From: an uncultured Acidobacteriota bacterium
Lineage (GTDB): Bacteria > Acidobacteriota > Terriglobia > UBA7540
Length of the DNA stretch: 64,000 nt
Assembly (NCBI GenBank): GCA_963804995.1
Contig: CAWDSK010000006.1
Location: 704,001-768,000 of the forward strand
Direction: 5' to 3'
Part shown: positions 39,691 to 48,850 of the stretch, piece by piece
Position numbering within the stretch: the first letter of the stretch is position 1
Layout of the letters: every line of letters begins with the position of its first letter
Program-made: the position numbers and the translations under genes
The notes under the pieces: model-generated
Database searches by the model: none
Seen by the model: the letters and a program-made list of their open reading frames with translations, nothing else
What the model was told of the DNA's origin: nothing

Positions 39691-41529
39691 ATGAAAATCT
39701 GCCCCACTTGCCAAGCAACTTATCCCGACAATATTTCATTCTGCGCTCGCGATGGCGCGGAGCTCAGAGCGAGAGGAACCTGGTCCGCGGGGACCGTGAT
39801 CCGCGGCCGCTATCGCATCCTAAACAAACTGGGTGAAGGTGGAATGGGCGCGGTCTACAAGGCAAAGCACACGGGGTTTGACGAGCTGCGTGCGGTCAAG
39901 GTGCTCAATCCCGACCTCCTGGGCGACGAGAAGCTTCGGCAGCGCTTCGAACGCGAAGCCTTCATCACGCGGAAGCTTCAGCACCCCAACGCCGTGCGCG
40001 TTGACGACATCGACGAGACAGAAGACGGCCGCCCCTTCATGGTCATGGAATACATCGAAGGCCTGAGCCTGCGGCAGGTCATGTCGCTGGGCCCGATTCC
40101 GGCGGCGCGGGTGTGCTCAATTGCCAAGCAAGTGGCTTCGGCTCTCGAAGCTGCACACCAACTCGGCATGGTTCATCGCGACATCAAGCCGGACAACATC
40201 GTGCTGGTCAGAACGCCCGAGGGGGAACAGGCCAAGGTGCTTGACTTCGGTATCGCCAAAATCCGCGAAGGTGGATTGCGAGATGAGCCAAAGGGAAAAG
40301 AACTGACCGGGGTGGGATTCGTGGTCGGGACTCCCCGGTACGTGTCGCCAGAGCAGGCCAAGGGCAAACGGGGTGACGACCTGGACGGGCGCTCAGACCT
40401 CTATTCGCTCGGCATCGTCATGTACGAAATGCTGACCGGGGACGTGCCTTTCAATGCTGACAACACCATGGACATCCTGATGGCACACATCCAGAAGTCG
40501 CCCGGCCCGGTTCACCAGGTTCGTCAGGACGTTGAGATTCCCGCGGCGCTCTCCAACCTGATCATGCGCACTCTCCAAAAGAAGCGGGAACTGCGCCCGC
40601 CCACCGCTACGGCGTTTATCGAAGAGTTAACTCGAATCGAAAAGGAGTTGCCGGCGCGCCTCCCAAGCGTTTCCCCGGGACTTGCCGGAAACTATTCACG
40701 GGGTCAATTCGGATTGGCCCCGGTTCCTGCCCCGGCTGTTCCGGCGCCGGTCGCGTCCGTGCCGAGCGAATCTGCAGGCCTTTCACCCGGTCTCAGGAAT
40801 GGGTTGATCGCCGTCCTGGCTGTCGGTCTATTGGGGGGGATTTGGTATTTCTCAAGACAACGCCCGGCGGAGCAAATCGCCCGGCATCGCGCGGCCGCGG
40901 CGGACTTTGAGAGCCAAAAGCTCTACCCACAGGCTGAGAAGGAATACCGCGCTGCCGCTGAGCTCGATTCGAACGACGCGACACTTCGCTCTGCGCTTGG
41001 AAACGTCCTGATTCAAGAAAAGAAATGGGACGAAGGCATCGCCACACTGCGTGAGGCCGTGAGCCTGCGACCGGAGGACGCGGTGGCGCACAACAACCTG
41101 GGTGTGGCCCTCCAAACTGTGGGCAATATTCCGGACGCTGTCACTGAATACCGGGAAGCTCTGCGCCTGAAGCCCGATTACGCTGAGGCCCACCAAAACC
41201 TGGGTGACGCCCTCCAGAAACAAAACGATCTGGCCGGGGCCATCGCCGAGTATCGCCTGGTGCTTCAGTCAAAACCTGACGACCCCGAGGCACACTTCCA
41301 CCTGGGGTTGGTACTCTATAAACAGGGCAATTCCGATGGCGCCGTGGATGAATATCGTGAGGCGATCCGGCTGAAACCCGGTTTCGCACTCGCGCATTTC
41401 GGTCTGGGTGGGGTCCTTTATAACCGGGGCGAACATGAGGCGGGCATCGAGGAGTTGCGCACCGCCTACTCCCTCTCCCCGGACGATCCCGAAATCCGGG
41501 CCTCCTACGAAAAATTGCTGCAGAGATAG
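39691..41529 (+). CDS. Hanks-type Ser/Thr protein kinase with Zn ribbon, TM helix and C-terminal TPRs
   Basis: CPTC..FCARDG; LGEGGMGAVY, AVK, HRDIKPDN, DFG, GTPRYVSPEQ; TM segment; AHNNLG-type TPR repeats. Confidence 0.92.
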   Translation: MKICPTCQATYPDNISFCARDGAELRARGTWSAGTVIRGRYRILNKLGEGGMGAVYKAKHTGFDELRAVKVLNPDLLGDEKLRQRFEREAFITRKLQHPNAVRVDDIDETEDGRPFMVMEYIEGLSLRQVMSLGPIPAARVCSIAKQVASALEAAHQLGMVHRDIKPDNIVLVRTPEGEQAKVLDFGIAKIREGGLRDEPKGKELTGVGFVVGTPRYVSPEQAKGKRGDDLDGRSDLYSLGIVMYEMLTGDVPFNADNTMDILMAHIQKSPGPVHQVRQDVEIPAALSNLIMRTLQKKRELRPPTATAFIEELTRIEKELPARLPSVSPGLAGNYSRGQFGLAPVPAPAVPAPVASVPSESAGLSPGLRNGLIAVLAVGLLGGIWYFSRQRPAEQIARHRAAAADFESQKLYPQAEKEYRAAAELDSNDATLRSALGNVLIQEKKWDEGIATLREAVSLRPEDAVAHNNLGVALQTVGNIPDAVTEYREALRLKPDYAEAHQNLGDALQKQNDLAGAIAEYRLVLQSKPDDPEAHFHLGLVLYKQGNSDGAVDEYREAIRLKPGFALAHFGLGGVLYNRGEHEAGIEELRTAYSLSPDDPEIRASYEKLLQR

Positions 41530-41604
41530 CGGGGGTTCTCCATGAGGCGGCCTAAGCTGAGGCAAGACCCGGGTCGACAGGCCATTGGCATGTGCGGGGC
41601 GGCG

Positions 41605-42099
41605 CTAGTCGTGATGTACGGTCCGCCCTTGAATCAAATCCACCACGTGCGGCAGTAAATCCAACAGACTTCCCAGTGACTCACACGCGCCGCGCGGGCT
41701 GCCCGGCAGGTTGACGATGACCTTGCCTTTGCGCAACCCTACGACACCTCGCGATAGCGCGGCGCGCCGGGTCTTCTTCAAACCTTCGGCACGCATTAAT
41801 TCCGCTAAGCCGGGGATTTCTTTTTCGAGGATGGCCCGCGTGGCTTCCGGAGTGACATCACGCGCGCTTACGCCGGTGCCACCCGAGGTCACAATGGCAT
41901 CGCAGTCGTTGAGGTCGGTAAGGGCCTCAAGCCTGCGCCGAATGGTTTCGAGGTTGTCCGGAAGGATTTCAGCCGCAACAACCTCCCATCCTTGCGCTTG
42001 GAGCATTTCGCGCACCGCAGGCCCGGACTGATCCACACGCTCGCCGCGCGAAGCAGCGTCACTCAAAACGATAATTCTGGCACGGAGTTGAGAAGACAT
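41605..42099 (-). CDS. mogA: Molybdopterin adenylyltransferase, MogA/MoaB family
   Basis: LSD...DQSGP, TSGGTGVSARDVTPEAT, LSRG, NLPGSP. Confidence 0.88.
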   Translation of the reverse strand: MSSQLRARIIVLSDAASRGERVDQSGPAVREMLQAQGWEVVAAEILPDNLETIRRRLEALTDLNDCDAIVTSGGTGVSARDVTPEATRAILEKEIPGLAELMRAEGLKKTRRAALSRGVVGLRKGKVIVNLPGSPRGACESLGSLLDLLPHVVDLIQGRTVHHD

Positions 42100-42108
42100 C
42101 AGAGAAGA

Positions 42109-42204
42109 GGTGTCAGGTATCAGGTGTCAGGGCCACAATCGAAATCCGAATTTCGGGGCAGAGTTCGCGAGTTTCGAGTTTCGAATTTCGATTTTCGAGT
42201 TTCG
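42109..42204. repeat. Heptamer arrays GGTRTCA x3 and CGAGTTT-type x5
   Basis: ggtgtca ggtatca ggtgtca (42109-42129); cgagttt cgagttt cgaattt cgatttt cgagttt cg (42168-42204). Confidence 0.8.
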
Positions 42205-42225
42205 TCCTTCCCCAAGTCCCCAGCT

Positions 42226-42951
42226 CTACCCCGCATCCCGATTGGCTTCATCGAGGATGCGCAGGCCTTCCAACATCAGTCCCTGGGTAGACATGGTCGT
42301 GGTACGCTCGGGGGAGTTTTTCTGGAAATCCACCTCCCAGTCGCCGTCGGTCCAGGTTAGAACCCTGAAGACCACAGGGTCCCCTTTCAAACCGCCGCCC
42401 ACCGCATGGGTCACATTGCCGTCGGTGAAATACAACGTGTAGGTTTCGCTGCCCGAGCGCAGGATCAAGGCACAGGTTTTGTGACCCTGTTCGAGCGACT
42501 GCATCCAGTCAATCACGCTGATTTCCGCAAGGCGGCCCTTGATGCCCGCTCCCCCGCCCTCCTTTTCCATGCGCTGCTGGAGGATGCGGGCGGTGATGCG
42601 GCGCGCCTGCTGATAGAGGTCGCGCATGAAGAAAGGCTTGACGAAATAGTCTTCGACGCCATCGACGACCATGCGCAGGCGCTCATCAATCTCCTTTTGC
42701 GAGGCGAGAAAAACGAAGGGAATGTTCTGGGTTTCCTTCCGCGCCCGGAGCTTGTCAAAGAGCGCGCGGCCATCCATGACGGGCATGGAGTAATCCGAAA
42801 TAATCAGGTCGGGCTTGACCTCGATCGCGCGCATCAACGCATCCGCGCCGTCCGTGGCCGTGAGCAGCTCCCCACACTTTTCCAGGCTCTGACACACCAG
42901 CTTCAAAATGGTCGGATTGTCATCAACGACAAGGATCCTGAGAGTGGACAC
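42226..42951 (-). CDS. Response regulator with C-terminal DUF4388 (PatA N-terminal-like) domain
   Basis: ILVVDD, PDLIISDYSMPVMDG, YFVKPF; GRLAEISVIDWMQSLEQGHKTC...YFTDGNVTHA...LTWTDGDW. Confidence 0.8.
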   Translation of the reverse strand: MSTLRILVVDDNPTILKLVCQSLEKCGELLTATDGADALMRAIEVKPDLIISDYSMPVMDGRALFDKLRARKETQNIPFVFLASQKEIDERLRMVVDGVEDYFVKPFFMRDLYQQARRITARILQQRMEKEGGGAGIKGRLAEISVIDWMQSLEQGHKTCALILRSGSETYTLYFTDGNVTHAVGGGLKGDPVVFRVLTWTDGDWEVDFQKNSPERTTTMSTQGLMLEGLRILDEANRDAG

Positions 42952-42975
42952 TCGCTCAACCTTATCCGCTTGAAC

Positions 42976-43464
42976 TTACCTCGCCTGGCGGCGCCGCTGG
43001 GGCGCGCGATAGGGGCCGCTCTTGCCTCCGCTCTTCTCGAGCAGGCGGAGGGCGGAGATTTCCATGCCGCGATCAGCCGCTTTGCACATGTCGTAAATAG
43101 TCAGTGCCGCAACGGCCGCCGCGGTGAGCGCTTCCATCTCAACTCCCGTGGGGCCGGTCGAACGCACTGTTGAGGAAATCTCTACGCCATTCTTACAGAA
43201 ATTCGCCTGAACATCAATATGACTCAACATTAACGGGTGGCAAAGCGGAATCAGCTCGGCGGTCCGCTTGGCCGCCGCAATACCCGCTATGCGGGCAATC
43301 TCCAAAGGATCACCCTTGGGATTGCGCCGGGCAGCACGCCGGGCGGCAGGACTCATCTTGATGTGCACGCTCGCTACCGCCTCCCGCAGCGTGTCGGGCT
43401 TCGCCGACACATCCACCATGCGGATGCGGCCAGAGGAATCGTAATGGCTTAATTTCTTGACCAT
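42976..43464 (-). CDS. moaC: Cyclic pyranopterin monophosphate synthase MoaC
   Basis: LSH...MVDVSAK, KGD...ARIAGIAAAKRT, LIPLCHPL, TGVEMEALT, TIYDMCKA, EKSGGKSG. Confidence 0.95.
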   Translation of the reverse strand: MVKKLSHYDSSGRIRMVDVSAKPDTLREAVASVHIKMSPAARRAARRNPKGDPLEIARIAGIAAAKRTAELIPLCHPLMLSHIDVQANFCKNGVEISSTVRSTGPTGVEMEALTAAAVAALTIYDMCKAADRGMEISALRLLEKSGGKSGPYRAPQRRRQAR

Positions 43465-43494
43465 GTCTTAATCGAGTGGCAAGCAATGGGCATC

Positions 43495-43583
43495 CGAAAG
43501 ACGAAATCGAAACTCGAAATTCGAAACTCGCCACGATTTTCGATTGTGCCCAATCGTCCATCGGCAATCGAAAATCGGCAATC
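43495..43583. repeat. Heptamer arrays (CGAAACT-type and AATCGGC-type)
   Basis: cgaaact cgaaatt cgaaact cg is the inverted counterpart of 42168-42204; aatcgtc catcggc aatcgaa aatcggc aatc at 43552-43583. Confidence 0.75.
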
Positions 43584-43590
43584 TTGCTTG

Positions 43591-44799
43591 TCACTGCCCT
43601 TTCGGCAAAACGTCCACCCAGTCGCCGGCATCGAGGTTCGTCTCGTGGGGATGCACGACTAGAAAGCAATTGGCCGCGGCCACTCCCACCAGATCTCCTG
43701 AACCCTGCCAGCCCACCGGACATACTACCGGGTCGCCGGCCCGGGGTTCGAGGCGGGCCGGTAAAAACGCCGTCAAACCAAGCTTCTGCTGGAAAGGGTG
43801 GGCCAGACGGGCGCGCAAGAAGACGGGCGGCTCAAAAATCGCACCCCCCAACGCTGCGACCGCCAGGCGTGCAAACAGCTCAAAGGTGACGTAAGTCGAA
43901 ACCGGGTTGCCGGGCAATCCGAAAAAAAACGTGCCGCCCACACGACCAAAGACCAGGGGCTTTCCAGGGCGCAAGGCCACTCCCTGGAAATAGAAAGTCG
44001 CGCCGAGATCGCCCAGCGCTTGCTCCACGAGATCGTACTTCCCCACCGACACGCCGCCGCTGAGCAATAGCAGGTCAGCACTCAAGCCTTCCTGAATCAT
44101 TTCGCGCAGGGTCTCCAGGCGGTCCGGCGCAACCCCCAAGCGGCGGGGAATACCCCCGGCAGCGGCCACCTGGGCGGAGAGCGCCAGGGCGTTGCTGTTG
44201 CGAATCTGAAACCATTCCGGCCGTTGCTCAACGGGGACAACTTCATCCCCGGTGGGAAGAATGGCCACCACCGGTCGCGTGAACACGCTGACGCGCGATT
44301 TCCCGACGGTGGCCAGCAGACCAATTTCCCCGGCGCCTAACCGCCTGCCCCGCACCAGGACTCTCGCGCCGGCGGAGGCTTCACTTCCCTGCCGAACCAC
44401 ATTCTCACCGGAGCGAACGGCCCTTTGAATGTTAATCCGCTCACCCTGGGGTTCCGTGTACTCGACCATCACCACCGCGTCGGCGCCGGCAGGCAAGGGC
44501 GCGCCGGTCATGATGGAAACGCACTCGCCCGCGGCCACGTTGCCCTCGAAATGATTCCCGGCGCGAACTTCGCCCAGCAATCGCAGCGTAACCGGCGGCG
44601 CACTGACGTCCACAGCGCGAACCGCAAATCCATCACGAATGGCGCGATGGAAGGGCGGGTAATCGCGGTCGGCAGCGATTTCCTCAGCCAGGATGCGGCC
44701 CCGGGCTTCGTCAAGAGGCACGACTTCCGTGTCGGGGCTTAAATCTGCCGCCGCCAGCTTCTCCTTGACGATACCGAGAGCCTGCTCGAAGGAAATCAT
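43591..44799 (-). CDS. moeA: Molybdopterin molybdenumtransferase MoeA
   Basis: ATG 44799 MISFEQAL; PPFHRAIRDGFA, IMTGAPLPAGADAVVMVE, TGDE, SGGVSVGKYD, RPGKP, GLPGNPVS. Confidence 0.95.
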   Translation of the reverse strand: MISFEQALGIVKEKLAAADLSPDTEVVPLDEARGRILAEEIAADRDYPPFHRAIRDGFAVRAVDVSAPPVTLRLLGEVRAGNHFEGNVAAGECVSIMTGAPLPAGADAVVMVEYTEPQGERINIQRAVRSGENVVRQGSEASAGARVLVRGRRLGAGEIGLLATVGKSRVSVFTRPVVAILPTGDEVVPVEQRPEWFQIRNSNALALSAQVAAAGGIPRRLGVAPDRLETLREMIQEGLSADLLLLSGGVSVGKYDLVEQALGDLGATFYFQGVALRPGKPLVFGRVGGTFFFGLPGNPVSTYVTFELFARLAVAALGGAIFEPPVFLRARLAHPFQQKLGLTAFLPARLEPRAGDPVVCPVGWQGSGDLVGVAAANCFLVVHPHETNLDAGDWVDVLPKGQ

Positions 44800-44801
44800 T
44801 T

Positions 44802-44877
44802 GATTTTGGATTTTGGATATTTTTGATTTTGGATTTAAGACGGAAATGTGGTGACGCAACGTCCCTAATCCAAAATC
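44802..44877. repeat. Inverted GATTTTG / CAAAATC heptamer arrays between purA and moeA
   Basis: gattttg gattttg gatattttt gattttg gattt, about 30 nt, then aatc caaaatc. Confidence 0.75.
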
Positions 44878-46177
44878 AAATGCCCCGGACAGCAGTCTCA
44901 TCCATCCAAATGCATTGCTCCCGCTCCGGGCCGGTAGAAACCATGGCGATCTTTACGCCGACCTGCTCCGCAAGGAAGCGGAGATAATCCTGGGCACGCG
45001 CCGGCAGCCGTGAAAAATCGCGGGTACCAAAGGTGGGCTGTTGCCAGCCCGGAACCGTACGGTAATGAACCGTGGCATGCTCCAGGCTTTCGATTTCCGG
45101 GGGAAAGTCCTTGAAGCGCTTTCCCTTGTATTCGTATTCGACGCCCACGGGAATTTCCGCCAAGGGGTCGAGGATATCAAGCTTAGTAATGATCAGCGCG
45201 GCCAGGTTGTTCACGCGCGTGCTGTAACGTGCCGCCGGGACGTCGAACCAACCGCAGCGGCGCGGGCGCCCGGTAACGGCGCCATACTCGCCGCCGCGCT
45301 CACGAATCTTTTCGCCCTCCGGGCCGGTAGCTTCGGTGGGGAAAGGCCCGCTTCCCACGCGGGTGGCGTAAGCCTTCGACACACCCACCACCGCACCGAT
45401 GCGCGTCGGCCCCACGCCGGTCCCGGTGCAGGCTCCGCCGGCAGCGGCGCTGGAAGAAGTCACATAGGGGTAGGTACCCTGGTCAAGATCCAGCAAAGTC
45501 CCTTGCGCACCCTCGAAGAGCACGCGTTTACCCTTGTCCATCTCCGCATTAAGATACGCGGAAACATCGGCGAGGTAGGGCACCATGCCACTAGCGGATG
45601 CGAGGTATTGATCCGCCAGTTCTGCGGCGTTGAGCGGGCCCTTGTCAAACAGCGCTGAGGCGATGCGGTTCTTTTCCGCGACAACCGCCGCACATTTCTC
45701 GCGGAACTGCGCGGGGTCACGCAAGTCACAAGCCCGCAGACCACGGCGGCCGGCCTTATCCTCATAAGTGGGCCCGATGCCTTTGGCCGTGGTTCCAATC
45801 TTGCCCACGCCGCGAGCCTCCTCTGCAGCCACTTCGTGCGCGCGGTGGTAAGGCAAAATCAGGTGCGCGCGGTCGCTGACCAGGAGGCGTCGGCCGACGC
45901 TCACACCGTTTGCTTCGATCTTCTGAATCTCCCGCAGCAGCGCCTCCGGATCGATTACCACGCCGTTCCCGAGGGCGGCAACCTTCTCCGGGCGAAGGAT
46001 ACCCGTAGGGAGAAGTTGCAGAACAAATTTCTTTTCTCCGATTCTAACGGTGTGCCCGGCGTTGGCTCCCCCCTGATAGCGCGCCACGATATCAAAGTGC
46101 TCCGCCAAGGCATCCACAACTTTGCCCTTGCCTTCGTCACCCCACTGAACACCTACAACTACAACATTGGTTGGCAT
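44876..46177 (-). CDS. purA: Adenylosuccinate synthase
   Basis: GVQWGDEGKGK, RYQGGANAGHT, GTTAKGIGPTY, FEGAQG, GTYPYVTSS, TRVGSGPFPTE, TGRPRRCGWFD. Confidence 0.97.
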   Translation of the reverse strand: MPTNVVVVGVQWGDEGKGKVVDALAEHFDIVARYQGGANAGHTVRIGEKKFVLQLLPTGILRPEKVAALGNGVVIDPEALLREIQKIEANGVSVGRRLLVSDRAHLILPYHRAHEVAAEEARGVGKIGTTAKGIGPTYEDKAGRRGLRACDLRDPAQFREKCAAVVAEKNRIASALFDKGPLNAAELADQYLASASGMVPYLADVSAYLNAEMDKGKRVLFEGAQGTLLDLDQGTYPYVTSSSAAAGGACTGTGVGPTRIGAVVGVSKAYATRVGSGPFPTEATGPEGEKIRERGGEYGAVTGRPRRCGWFDVPAARYSTRVNNLAALIITKLDILDPLAEIPVGVEYEYKGKRFKDFPPEIESLEHATVHYRTVPGWQQPTFGTRDFSRLPARAQDYLRFLAEQVGVKIAMVSTGPEREQCIWMDETAVRGI

Positions 46178-46285
46178 GCTGAGCCTGCTTTTTTCTGGGA
46201 CGCAACCGCGTCCGTTGATTCTGCCCCGGATGGTTTTAAAAATGCCAGGGGAGTATAAGGCTGCCGACGCGGCCGGAGGTTCATT

Positions 46286-46357
46286 CGTCTTAGTGGCGGC
46301 CCCCCGCCATCTGAAACCAGAATCACCGTCCCGACGAGTCTTTCAACAATCTGCTAG
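46286..46357. repeat. Degenerate copy of the 9926-10045 MITE
   Basis: gtctttcaacaatctg followed by CTAG matches gtctttcaacaacctg followed by TTAG; eroded REP tagtggcggccccccgccatc inside. Confidence 0.5.
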
Positions 46358-46417
46358 AGGTGCTTATCGAGTAATTTGCTGATCACGTCCTTCAACGTCG
46401 TCCCCACCAACCGAAGA

Positions 46418-47863
46418 TCAAGCTTTGGCCTTCTGCAAGGTCTGATAGATTTTGGCGTACGCCTTGGCGGAGCTGGCCCAGGAAGAATCCTTCTTCATTC
46501 CGTTGTGCATCAGCTTTTGCCAGGTCTTGGGGGCCGCATAAGCCTCGAGAGCCATCTGGATTGTGGCCAACAAGGCCTGCGGCGAGTATTCCAGGAATTT
46601 GAATCCCGTCCCGGTTTTGCCATCGAAAGGCTCGATCGTGTCATCAAGGCCCCCTGTCGCCCGCACTATGGGGACAGTGCCATACTTGAGGCTGTAAATC
46701 TGGTTGAGCCCGCACGGCTCATAACGAGAGGGCATCAGGAACATGTCCGCGCCGGCTTCGATCTGGTGGGCCAGGGTGTTGTCGTAAGCAATCTTCACCA
46801 GGAACTTCTCCGGATACTTCGCCGCCATGGTGCGGAACAACTCCTCGTGCGGAGGCTCACCCGTGCCCAGCGCCACAACGTAAAGGTCGAGCGCCGCCAG
46901 TTGCTCAGCGATGCTGGCGATCAGGTCAAATCCTTTTTGCGAGGCAAAGCGCGAAACAATGCCGATGACCGGCCGCCGCAATACCGGAGATTGCACTCCC
47001 ATTCTCTCGAGTAAAGCTTTCTTGCAGGCTTCCTTGCCCTTCAGGCTGGTGGGCGAGTAGTTGGCCGCGATCAGTTTGTCGGTAGCAGGATTCCAGGCCT
47101 CGTAGTCGACGCCATTCACAATTCCTTGCAGGTGGTCGGCACGCGAGCGGAGCACGCCCTCCAGGCCATAACCGAACTCAGGTGTTTGAATCTCCTCCGC
47201 GTACTTACGGCTTACGGTAGTGATGAAATCGGAAAAGATAATACCGCCCTTGAGCAGGTTCACCATTCCGTAATACTCCAGGCCGTCGACAGTAAAAAGG
47301 CCAGCGTGGAGCGAAATCTGGGGCAGCAGATGCGGAGGGAAAAGACCCTGATAGCCCAGGTTGTGAATGGTGAATACGACTGACGTGTTCTGAAAGTACC
47401 CGTCATCCTGATAGAGATTGCGCAGATAAATCGGAGCGAGCGCCGACTGCCAATCGTGGCAATGAATGATGTCAGGAGCAGCCGTGCTGTGCTTCAGAAA
47501 CTCCAGCGCCGCCAATGAAAAAGCAGCAAACCGGTGCGCATTGTCCGGATAATCTACACCCTTGTCCTGATAAAGGCCCTCGCGGTCGAAATACTCGGGG
47601 CAATCAACAAGGTAAGTCTGTACGCCGTTTGCCCGCCCGCCATCCTGGACGGACGCGAACTTGAATCCCGGACCGAGGGGCAAGGTAAGGCTCGCGGCTC
47701 CGGGCACGGTGGGTCCCGGCTTGGTCATGCGATAGCGAGGCAGAATGACTTCCAATTCGTGCCCCATCGCGGCGAGCGCTTTAGGCAGAGCGCCTACAAC
47801 GTCTGCCAGTCCGCCCGTTTTGGAATGCGGAACACCTTCGGATGCGACGAAGGCAACTTTCAC
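46418..47863 (-). CDS. glgA: Glycogen synthase
   Basis: GTG after AAGGAGG; KTGGLADVVGALP, IHCHDWQ, FTIHNLGYQG, VSRFASQKG, MPSRYEPCGLNQ, RATGGLDDT. Confidence 0.96.
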   Translation of the reverse strand: MKVAFVASEGVPHSKTGGLADVVGALPKALAAMGHELEVILPRYRMTKPGPTVPGAASLTLPLGPGFKFASVQDGGRANGVQTYLVDCPEYFDREGLYQDKGVDYPDNAHRFAAFSLAALEFLKHSTAAPDIIHCHDWQSALAPIYLRNLYQDDGYFQNTSVVFTIHNLGYQGLFPPHLLPQISLHAGLFTVDGLEYYGMVNLLKGGIIFSDFITTVSRKYAEEIQTPEFGYGLEGVLRSRADHLQGIVNGVDYEAWNPATDKLIAANYSPTSLKGKEACKKALLERMGVQSPVLRRPVIGIVSRFASQKGFDLIASIAEQLAALDLYVVALGTGEPPHEELFRTMAAKYPEKFLVKIAYDNTLAHQIEAGADMFLMPSRYEPCGLNQIYSLKYGTVPIVRATGGLDDTIEPFDGKTGTGFKFLEYSPQALLATIQMALEAYAAPKTWQKLMHNGMKKDSSWASSAKAYAKIYQTLQKAKA

Positions 47864-48031
47864 GCCGCTCCTCCTTTTGGCGAGATCAAACCCCAAACTT
47901 CGTTACGTTAGAGGATGCCTCCAGCAAAGTCAAGGACTCTGCGGTCATGCTATGATGTGGCGCGGCCCTTGTAACGACGAGCCTCTCTGCCGGACCGGTG
48001 CGCGTTCACGCTATAGGGTCCTGCACCTCAC

Positions 48032-48841
48032 ATGCCCGCGAGCGAACGTCCCAAACTCGGACAACACTTCCTTCAGGATGAAGGCTATCGAAGAAAGATT
48101 CTCGATCATCTCCACCTTCCTGAGCATGGTCTGGTGATCGAAATCGGTCCGGGACGCGGGGCTATGACCGGGTTGCTGGCAGAACGCTTTCAGAAGGTTG
48201 TCGCGATCGAGATCGATTCCGCGCTCGCACGGAAACTCCAGGAGGCGTACGCCGAGGTACCTCGCGTTGCGATACTTCAGGCGGATGTGCTGACTGTGGA
48301 TTTTGCGGAAATGTGCCGGCAGCAAGGCGTCGCCGAGTGTTCGGTAATTGGAAACCTGCCCTATTACATTACCTCGCCCATCTTGCATCGCCTGTTCGCA
48401 TACCGGGATTGCATTCGCGCCATGGGCTTGCTCGTGCAACGCGAAGTCGCAGAGCGGGTGACGGCTGAACCCGGCACCCGCGATTACGGCTACCTTACGG
48501 TCTTGGCCCAACTCTACTCCCAGCCCCGGGTTGTGCTGGCCGTCCCACCCGGGGCCTTCTCACCTCCACCCAAAGTGCACTCGGCGCTGGTGACATTTCA
48601 AATGAGGCCCAGATTTCCAAAGTGGACAGGTGCGCAATGCGAGGAATTCCTGGAATTCGTGAAACGTTGTTTTGCTCAGAAGCGGAAGACCCTGCTCAAC
48701 AACCTGGCACTTGCATTTTCACGACCCCAAGTGGCGCAGGCGCTGGCTGGGGTGGGCAAGGCTCAGAATCTACGCGCAGAACAACTTTCTGTGGAAGAAC
48801 TCGCGGCGGTCTTCGAACACCTTGCCCGCGGCACCGTCTAG
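48032..48841 (+). CDS. rsmA: 16S rRNA A1518/A1519 dimethyltransferase
   Basis: LGQHFL, IEIGPGRG, IEID, GNLPYYITSP, VQREVAER, FSPPPKVHS, FAQKRKTL, RAEQL. Confidence 0.96.
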   Translation: MPASERPKLGQHFLQDEGYRRKILDHLHLPEHGLVIEIGPGRGAMTGLLAERFQKVVAIEIDSALARKLQEAYAEVPRVAILQADVLTVDFAEMCRQQGVAECSVIGNLPYYITSPILHRLFAYRDCIRAMGLLVQREVAERVTAEPGTRDYGYLTVLAQLYSQPRVVLAVPPGAFSPPPKVHSALVTFQMRPRFPKWTGAQCEEFLEFVKRCFAQKRKTLLNNLALAFSRPQVAQALAGVGKAQNLRAEQLSVEELAAVFEHLARGTV

Positions 48842-48850
48842 GCTAGATGT

